DNA of 13,314 nucleotides from an archaeon (lineage in GTDB: Archaea; Iainarchaeota; Iainarchaeia; Iainarchaeales; CSSED10-239): assembly GCA_041677685.1 (NCBI GenBank), contig JBAYPN010000020.1:1-13314 (forward strand). The letters are read 5' to 3'. Shown piece after piece: positions 5,642 through 11,570 of this stretch. Under the pieces are notes generated by a model. It was not told the DNA's origin. It worked only from the letters and a program-made list of their open reading frames with translations, and made no database searches. The number at the start of each line of letters is the position of its first letter. Position 1 is the first letter of the stretch. The position numbers were made by a program, and so were the translations under genes.

Positions 5642-8141
5642 TTTTCTCTAATTCTCCAGTTTTAAAAAGATAAGCAGAATATTTCTGAGTAAGGTATTCT
5701 GTTTTTAACCAATCATCTGACCTTATGGTGCTTGAGATCTTAAGTTCATCAATCATCCCTTTAAAATATTCAGCTCCACTATAAGCTTTACCAAGCATTA
5801 ACAAGCCATTTGAAATATTATCCTCTCTTGTAACTTCTACTTCTCTACTCTTATGATCGTCTACATATAGTTTAAGAGTCTGTTTATCATATGCCCAACA
5901 AACATAATGATTTTCATGTTTTAAAATATATTCACCATATGTTGTGTGATATCCTGCTGAAGGTAAGCCATTACGTAAATAGACTCCAAAGTTAGGATTT
6001 GTAAAATTTATTACATAATTAGAGCCACTGTTATAAACTACTCTTTTATATTCTTCAAATTCTTTATTTACCCACATACAATAAGTTATTTCTTCAATAA
6101 CATCTTGGCTAATGGAAAGGTAATCATCAGTTCCATCAAATTTAATTCCTCTTCCAATAATTCCATAAACATCTGTGTTTGAATCTATATTAAAATCAAA
6201 ATTATAAAGAAAGCCATTATGTTTATTTTTTGTAGAATCAAAATAACCAAGTCCATTTGTGGTTGGCTTTTCTGAAAAATGTAAAACTGTATTATAATAT
6301 TTGTCCCAAGAATCAGTATCATTAGTTTCATTTGCTTGATTGTTTCCAAAGTATATGTAGATTGAGCTATTTAGATTTGCATAGATTTTTGGGATCTTAA
6401 CATATGCAATTAATTTTTTTCCTACCTCTTCAACTTCTCCAAGTGAGTAAAAGTTATCTGGATCATTTTGATTTTCATATTCAGTTTTTATCCAATTGTT
6501 TGTTTTTGCTTTGCTTGATATTCTAAACTCATCAATATATCCAAAATGTGTGTAATAAAGATTGTTTAGATAACCAAAACCAAGATACAAAGAAGTGTTA
6601 TTCTGTTGTAAATAATCTGACACTCTGTTCTGTTCTCCAGAAAGCACACCATCAACATAAATGTACTCTTTATTTTCTTCTGAGTTATAAACATAGGTTA
6701 TAAGATGCCACTGATCAATATCAAGAACAGGGTTTGTTGTAAAAAAGTTTCCATTTCCATTCTCATATAATATTTTTTTACTTGCTTGAATTAAAACTCT
6801 CCCAACATCATTAGCATTATGTTTATACCAAATCCCTGAATAATAGCTTAAGGTTTCTCCACTCCAGTTAACCCAAGCACTAACACTCAACTGATTCCAA
6901 TTTCCAGCTTGACTAGCATCTCCAAAATCAATATATTCATTTCCATCAAAGTAATTTGCTTTTCCAATCTTTCCAGAAACATCTGTGTTTGAATTATTAC
7001 CTAAGTCAAGATCATTATAAGTCCCATTAAGATTATTTAAAGTAGAGTCTTTATATGCTCCAACAACACCATTACCTCCATCTTGACTTAAATGTTGGAC
7101 AATCTTGTAATCCTCAGTCCACACAAATTTAGAATTTTCAACCCTTTGGTTCTTGTCTCCAAAAAACATATAGATAACTGTGTCTTCATCTTTTAAAAGT
7201 TCAGGAACCTTTACCCAAACATTAAGTTTTCCACTCTCAAAATTATAATCTTCAATTTCTCTTTCTAAAATTGTTAGACCATCAGAAAGTGTAAAGTAAA
7301 TGTCAAGCCCATCTTCTCTTGTATGATTAATAAGGTCACTATTGGTTATTGAGACTAAAACAGCAAAATCATTTAAATTATCATATACTTTGTTAGAGTC
7401 AATTGTAATTTTTTGTTTATAGATTAAATTTTGAGAAAAATAATCAATTTCTCTTTTTAATTTAAAAGTTCCATTGTCCGTAGTAAAGACAATATCCTTT
7501 CCATCTTCTTTTGCAAAATAACCTAAGTCTTTATCAATTATCTCTACAGGAATTGTAAAGTTATTTAAGTCTGCAGATATAAAATTAGAATCTAATAATA
7601 ATCTTTTTCTATATTTCCAATTTTCATCATACCAAGAGACCTCTTCTATTGCTTGTGTACTTATCTTCAATTTATTTTTTTCAAGTTTAGTAATATAAAG
7701 TTCAATTTTTTTATTGTTTATTAGTTCATCTGAAATTATGTTAATGTTAGTATATTCAATTCCAGCAACTAGTTTTTGTTTATCTCTGTAAGTGTATAAA
7801 CCATTCTTTATAATTTCTGTTGTTTCTTTATAAAATTTAGAATTTGTAATTTGGTAGATTTCTATTTTATTTTGATTTGAGTCAATAAGTAAATATAGTT
7901 TATCTAGATCTATGTTTATTTTAGTTGTTGATCCATTTGGTAGTGCCATAACCTCTTTTATCTTTTGATCTAAAGTATTTATATAGTTTTTAGACAACTC
8001 ATGTTTTTGTTTTGCTTGTTGGTTTGAGACACCAGGAATAACACCATTCATAATTAATGCAACTGTTAAACTTATAACTAAGATTACCATTGTATAACCT
8101 AATATCTCAGATGCTCCTTTATTATTTTTTTTTAAGCTCAT
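5628..8141 (-). CDS. Large prepilin-like surface protein with two DUF2341 modules, one nested inside the other, and two LamG/ConA-like lectin modules (837 aa).
   Basis: The leader is MSLKKNNKG|ASEILGYTMVILVISLTVALIMNGV, which resembles the archaeal Pilin_N domain. DUF2341 N-half copies lie at aa 170-236 and 240-299, and C-half copies at aa 300-335 and 575-615. LamG modules at aa ~345-560 and ~617-820 end in FGYIDEFRISSKAKTNNWIKTEYENQ and FKGMIDELKISSTIRSDDWLKTEYLTQ. Confidence 0.8.
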   Translation of the reverse strand: MSLKKNNKGASEILGYTMVILVISLTVALIMNGVIPGVSNQQAKQKHELSKNYINTLDQKIKEVMALPNGSTTKINIDLDKLYLLIDSNQNKIEIYQITNSKFYKETTEIIKNGLYTYRDKQKLVAGIEYTNINIISDELINNKKIELYITKLEKNKLKISTQAIEEVSWYDENWKYRKRLLLDSNFISADLNNFTIPVEIIDKDLGYFAKEDGKDIVFTTDNGTFKLKREIDYFSQNLIYKQKITIDSNKVYDNLNDFAVLVSITNSDLINHTREDGLDIYFTLSDGLTILEREIEDYNFESGKLNVWVKVPELLKDEDTVIYMFFGDKNQRVENSKFVWTEDYKIVQHLSQDGGNGVVGAYKDSTLNNLNGTYNDLDLGNNSNTDVSGKIGKANYFDGNEYIDFGDASQAGNWNQLSVSAWVNWSGETLSYYSGIWYKHNANDVGRVLIQASKKILYENGNGNFFTTNPVLDIDQWHLITYVYNSEENKEYIYVDGVLSGEQNRVSDYLQQNNTSLYLGFGYLNNLYYTHFGYIDEFRISSKAKTNNWIKTEYENQNDPDNFYSLGEVEEVGKKLIAYVKIPKIYANLNSSIYIYFGNNQANETNDTDSWDKYYNTVLHFSEKPTTNGLGYFDSTKNKHNGFLYNFDFNIDSNTDVYGIIGRGIKFDGTDDYLSISQDVIEEITYCMWVNKEFEEYKRVVYNSGSNYVINFTNPNFGVYLRNGLPSAGYHTTYGEYILKHENHYVCWAYDKQTLKLYVDDHKSREVEVTREDNISNGLLMLGKAYSGAEYFKGMIDELKISSTIRSDDWLKTEYLTQKYSAYLFKTGELEKNESD

Positions 8142-8224
8142 TTATTTTTTCTGTTTTTACGTATAGTTTTTCTGTTTTTCTTAATTAAAATATATTTAAG
8201 TAATTATAAGTAATTATATTTGTT

Positions 8225-8242
8225 TTAGAAAATCTTTAAAAA
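8225..8242 (+). promoter_or_regulatory. BRE/TATA-like promoter motif TTAGAAAATCTTTAAAAA, upstream of 8276..8746.
   Basis: A purine-rich stretch is followed by CTTTAAAAA, ending 33 nt before the ATG at 8276. Nearly the same 18-mer recurs at 8732..8749 and 9612..9628. Confidence 0.35.
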
Positions 8243-8275
8243 GGTATTTACTACTAGGTTTATTGTGAATGACCT

Positions 8276-8746
8276 ATGTTAAGGCTAAGAAAAAGGATTA
8301 TCCCTAAAAGAAAGAAAAAAATATTAAAATTAAATTCAAATTTAGAAAAATACATTAGAGATTATAAAGCCTTTTCAGAATTAAGTGCTTCTCAAAAATT
8401 AGAAGTTCATAGTTTTATTAAGAAGAACCATAAATACTTAGCAGATAAAGAAGTAGTTACTTCTTTATTAGAAAAAATAAGTTCTTATGAAAAACAAAAA
8501 TCAACAAATCCTTTACCTTTAGAGAAGAAAAAAGAAAATTTAAAATTATTTTACAAGTCTTTAAGTTCTATAGAAAAAGAATATATAGATTCCCATATGA
8601 GACTTTTTAACTTAGGACAAAGAATAAAAGAAAGTAATATAATTAGAAATGGATATGTTGATGTTTTATATAAATTAAATTCAGAAAATATTAATAAATT
8701 GTATAAAAAGATATTAGAACACTTCTTAGATTTAGGAAATCTTTAA
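8276..8746 (+). CDS. Hypothetical Lys-rich protein (156 aa) with a strongly basic N-terminus.
   Basis: This is a long ORF in a plausible context, divergent from the pilin-like cluster. The N-terminus is MLRLRKRIIPKRKKKILKL. I recognise no family. Confidence 0.55.
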   Translation: MLRLRKRIIPKRKKKILKLNSNLEKYIRDYKAFSELSASQKLEVHSFIKKNHKYLADKEVVTSLLEKISSYEKQKSTNPLPLEKKKENLKLFYKSLSSIEKEYIDSHMRLFNLGQRIKESNIIRNGYVDVLYKLNSENINKLYKKILEHFLDLGNL

Positions 8747-8749
8747 AAA
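8732..8749 (+). promoter_or_regulatory. Second copy of the BRE/TATA-like motif (TTAGGAAATCTTTAAAAA), upstream of tRNA-His.
   Basis: 17 of 18 positions are identical to 8225..8242. It overlaps the stop codon of 8276..8746 and ends 42 nt before the tRNA-His 5' end. An alternative TATA-like taatatatat (8761-8770) lies closer to the tRNA. Confidence 0.3.
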
Positions 8750-8791
8750 CTTATTTAGTCTAATATATATGTATATTTCTTATGTTTTTGT

Positions 8792-8864
8792 GGTCCGCAT
8801 AGTGTAGTGGTTAGCATAGGAGTCTGTGGATCTCCTGGCCCGGGTTCAAATCCCGGTGTGGACC
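8792..8864 (+). tRNA. tRNA-His (anticodon GUG) with a genomically encoded G-1 opposite C73. No CCA is encoded.
   Basis: Folded by hand. G-1 is at 8792. The acceptor is GUCCGCA/UGUGGAC with one G-U pair, followed by U8. The D arm is GUGU/GCAU. The anticodon stem is GGAGU/UCUCC with U31-U39 unpaired, and the loop CUGUGGA places the anticodon at 8826-8828. The variable loop is 4 nt. The T arm is CCGGG-UUCAAAU-CCCGG. The discriminator C is at 8864, followed by a T-rich tract. Confidence 0.9.
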
Positions 8865-8880
8865 CTTTTTTCTTATTTTT

Positions 8881-9468
8881 TTAAAATAATGGGATGTCTA
8901 TTCCTAATTTCTTAATTAAAAAATAATACACAATTATTATTAAAATTATTATAAATGTAAATATTAATAATTGATATTTGTTTACATGTTTATGATACTT
9001 TTTTCTATCCTTATGTAACTTTACATCCATTAGTTCATCAGCAAACAAAATGGATAAAAAAGTTCCAATCCCTGAAAGAATTATTATTATCCAAAAGGGC
9101 CAAGGGTTTGTAAGTATTTGTTTAAATAATGATAAAAGTATTGTGGAGTTATAGATTTGCGGATTTAGAAAAAAGAAAAAAACATTAACAATAGCAGCAA
9201 CAATCCAAACAATTATTTCTGTATATACCATTTTCAATTTTGTAATTAACCTTATTGGAAAATCTATCAAAAAACCAGCATCTGCAATTGGTGTACAGAA
9301 CACAAAGAATGACCAAGTAAGAATTGTAATTGAAATTCCGTCTTTAAATCCAAGCTTTAGACTTGTCAATAGAAAGTACACAATTATAACTAATAATATA
9401 AATAAAAACTTTCTAAGAGTATGTTTTTTAGTTTCGTGTTTTAGATTAAATTTTTCTTTTGATTTCAT
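8881..9468 (-). CDS. Polytopic integral membrane protein of unknown function (195 aa, about 5-6 predicted TM helices).
   Basis: There are several long hydrophobic stretches: FLFILLVIIVYFLLT, ITILTWSFFVFCTPIA, IIVWIVAAIVNVFFFFL, PFWIIIILSGIGTFLSILFA and LLIFTFIIILIIIVYYFLI. I recognise no family. Confidence 0.6.
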   Translation of the reverse strand: MKSKEKFNLKHETKKHTLRKFLFILLVIIVYFLLTSLKLGFKDGISITILTWSFFVFCTPIADAGFLIDFPIRLITKLKMVYTEIIVWIVAAIVNVFFFFLNPQIYNSTILLSLFKQILTNPWPFWIIIILSGIGTFLSILFADELMDVKLHKDRKKYHKHVNKYQLLIFTFIIILIIIVYYFLIKKLGIDIPLF

Positions 9469-9611
9469 CTTTAATTTTCTATAAGTTTTTCTCTTTCTCT
9501 TTTTGAGATATTTTAGTTATCATTATTTGTAATTATAAAAGTTATTAAAAACTTTTTGGATTTTTTAATTTTAGATTAAATTTTTCTTTTTTTGTAAAAA
9601 TTAACCTTTTT

Positions 9612-9628
9612 TTAGAAAACTTTAAAAA
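9612..9628 (+). promoter_or_regulatory. Third copy of the BRE/TATA-like motif (TTAGAAAACTTTAAAAA), in the hsp20 upstream region.
   Basis: It is the same as 8225..8242 apart from one missing T. It lies 91 nt upstream of the hsp20 ATG. A second TATA-like element, aaatatatatta (9664-9675), lies closer. Confidence 0.3.
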
Positions 9629-9719
9629 TCTTTTTAATAAATCTTTTTATTTTTTTTGTTTCAAATATATATTAGAAGTTCTTTTTTAATAAACAATTTA
9701 GAAAATAAGAGGTGATGTT

Positions 9720-10193
9720 ATGAAAAGATATACAATTTGGGATGAAATGAGAAGAATGCAAAGGGATATGGATTCTTTATTTGAAGACTTTGTATATTCT
9801 AAAAACCCTTATCTTCTTGTAGATTCTAAGAACAAAAATGAACTAGAAACAAAAGAAAACTATAGAGAACCAGTATGTAACATAGAAGAAGATAAAGAAA
9901 ACTATAATTTTTCCTTAGAGATTCCTGGATCTAAAAAAGAGGATATTAAGATAAATATAAATGATAATATCTTAGAGATAGAAGTAGAGCATAAAAAGGA
10001 AGAAAAAAAGGATGATGAAAAGAAAGGATCTTATAGTTATTCAAGAAGCTATTCTGGATTTTACAGATCTTTTTCTCTTCCAAGAAACATTGATAAGGAC
10101 AATGTAGATGCAGAGTATAAAGATGGTGTTTTAAAAATAAAGATTCCAAAAAAAGAAATCTCTTCTTCTCAGAAGCAAATTGAGGTTAAGTGA
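9720..10193 (+). CDS. hsp20: Small heat shock protein, Hsp20/alpha-crystallin family.
   Basis: The alpha-crystallin domain pattern is present: PVCNIEEDKENYNFSLEIPGSKKEDIKININDNILEIEVEHKKE......GFYRSFSLPRNIDKDNVDAEYKDGVLKIKIPKKE. The SD AAGAGGTGA (9708-9716) lies 3 nt before the ATG. A T7 run (10194-10200) directly follows the stop. Confidence 0.9.
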   Translation: MKRYTIWDEMRRMQRDMDSLFEDFVYSKNPYLLVDSKNKNELETKENYREPVCNIEEDKENYNFSLEIPGSKKEDIKININDNILEIEVEHKKEEKKDDEKKGSYSYSRSYSGFYRSFSLPRNIDKDNVDAEYKDGVLKIKIPKKEISSSQKQIEVK

Positions 10194-10208
10194 TTTTTTT
10201 AACCTCTC

Positions 10209-10751
10209 TTATTCTTTAAGTAAATAATAAAGTTCTTTGTTTAGAACAATATTATTTACTTTTCCTAATTTTTCTTTTTTAATAATATTATTGTCCTCTA
10301 AATTTTGAATAATTCTATGTACTTTAATTTTGCTTAAACCTTCAATATAGGTAAGTTCATATTGTCTAATTCTACCATCATTTTCTAATATTTTTTCAAT
10401 TATTTTTTTCTCAGTATTTGAAAGTAAATTTAAAATTATTTTATTTTTTGATTTAATTTTTAATTCTGTTTTATATATTTTTTCAGACATAATATAATAT
10501 GTTAAAATTCCAACAAAGAGCCCAAGAAATGCACTGATTGGTATTAGATAAAAAACATAATTTGGTTTTGAAGGCTTATTTAGAATATAGTCTTTTAATT
10601 CATCAAATGAATAAAGATCAATTGTTGTAACATCAATATTCCTTTCACTTCTATTTATTTTCTGTTGTGAGGAGATAAATAAAAGTAATGATGTTATTAT
10701 TAAAATAAATGAGAGTAATAAAGCTAGTCCAGTAATTATCTTTTTATTCAT
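10209..10751 (-). CDS. Membrane-anchored winged-helix (wHTH) transcriptional regulator of the archaeal COG2512-like architecture.
   Basis: The first TM segment is MNKKIITGLALLLSFILIITSLLLFISS. A ~35-aa loop follows, then the second TM segment YVFYLIPISAFLGLFVGILTYYIM. The C-terminal part, LLSNTEKKIIEKILENDGRIRQYELTYIEGLSKIKVHRIIQNLEDNNIIKKEKLGKVNNIVL, looks like a MarR/TrmB-type wHTH. Confidence 0.6.
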   Translation of the reverse strand: MNKKIITGLALLLSFILIITSLLLFISSQQKINRSERNIDVTTIDLYSFDELKDYILNKPSKPNYVFYLIPISAFLGLFVGILTYYIMSEKIYKTELKIKSKNKIILNLLSNTEKKIIEKILENDGRIRQYELTYIEGLSKIKVHRIIQNLEDNNIIKKEKLGKVNNIVLNKELYYLLKE

Positions 10752-10934
10752 ATTAATCTATTAATTATAATTATAAAAATTATTATAAAGTGTGTGTATT
10801 TGGTAATCATTTTGTTTTTCTAATCAATAGTTTCACTCTTTTGTAACATAGTTTCAATAATTGCTATATATGGTAACAATCATATATTTTTATATGTACT
10901 TAAAATAATCAAAAGTACAAAAGGAGTTGAAAAT

Positions 10935-11384
10935 ATGAATAAGAACATAAAAATTATAAGTTCAATTTTAGTGTTATTAAGTTTTGTTTTAACACTAGGG
11001 TTTGTAAGTGCTTATAGAGGAAATGTTAATCAGGCAGGTCCAAATTATGACATAGAGGTTCACGATTCTATTCAGGTTGCAATTGAGTCAAAAGATTACT
11101 TAACATGGTATAGGTTAATGTCTGAGAAAGGAAATTCTAAAATAACATCTGTAATAACAGAGGATATTTTTTCAGAATTTAGTTCTGCTTATCTAGAGGC
11201 AGTTTCAGGAAATGTAGAAGCTTTAGTTGAATTTAGAGAGTCTGTTGGTTTAGGTCAAAAAAATCAGTTTAGGAAAAACAATTTAGAAGGTAAAAGGTTT
11301 AGAAACAATCAAGATTCTAGTATGAATAATGGATCTTTTCAAAAAAGAGGTTTAAATAATTCTAATTGCAATTGTTTTAATTAG
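10935..11384 (+). CDS. Small secreted protein of unknown function (149 aa).
   Basis: The signal peptide is MNKNIKIISSILVLLSFVLTLGFVSA. The SD AAGGAG (10921-10926) lies 8 nt upstream of the ATG. The gene is divergent from the membrane wHTH regulator. Confidence 0.6.
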   Translation: MNKNIKIISSILVLLSFVLTLGFVSAYRGNVNQAGPNYDIEVHDSIQVAIESKDYLTWYRLMSEKGNSKITSVITEDIFSEFSSAYLEAVSGNVEALVEFRESVGLGQKNQFRKNNLEGKRFRNNQDSSMNNGSFQKRGLNNSNCNCFN

Positions 11385-11418
11385 TTTTATTTTTTTTCTT
11401 TCTTTCCTTTTTCTTTTT
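11385..11418 (+). terminator. T/C-rich oligo-T tract, a candidate archaeal terminator, after 10935..11384.
   Basis: The tract ttttattttttttctttctttcctttttcttttt starts immediately after the TAG stop. Confidence 0.4.
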
Positions 11419-11498
11419 AAACTTATTTGTTCATAATATATTTGTAAGTTTTAGTATTTATATTATTTAATTTAAAAATATTTTAAAATTTAAGATTT

Positions 11499-11570
11499 GC
11501 TTCTGTGGCTCAGTGGTAGAGCGCAACCTTGGTAAGGTTGAGGTCGCGGGTTCAATTCCCGCCAGAAGCT
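11499..11570 (+). tRNA. tRNA-Thr (anticodon GGU), discriminator U73, no encoded CCA.
   Basis: Folded by hand. The acceptor is GCUUCUG/CAGAAGC, followed by UG. The D arm is GCUC-AGUGGUA-GAGC. The anticodon arm is CAACC-UUGGUAA-GGUUG, with the anticodon at 11531-11533. The variable loop is AGGUC. The T arm is GCGGG-UUCAAUU-CCCGC. The discriminator U is at 11570. Confidence 0.92.

Noticed and set aside
8840-8856. Similarity between the tRNA-His T arm (CCGGGTTCAAATCCCGG) and the tRNA-Thr T arm (11546-11562), considered as a possible att direct repeat bounding an island.
   Set aside because: The similarity is generic T-arm conservation with several mismatches. The genes between the two tRNAs (hsp20, regulator, membrane proteins) do not look like mobile-element cargo.
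9946-10149. A 67-aa minus-strand ORF inside hsp20.
   Set aside because: It is antisense to a clear alpha-crystallin domain coding sequence.
11529-11570. The N-terminus MVRLRSRVQFPPEA as a genuine protein start for the integrase ORF.
   Set aside because: These codons are simply the translation of the tRNA-Thr anticodon loop through to the acceptor end, and the TTG has no RBS. They are better explained as an att site embedded in a partitioned int gene.
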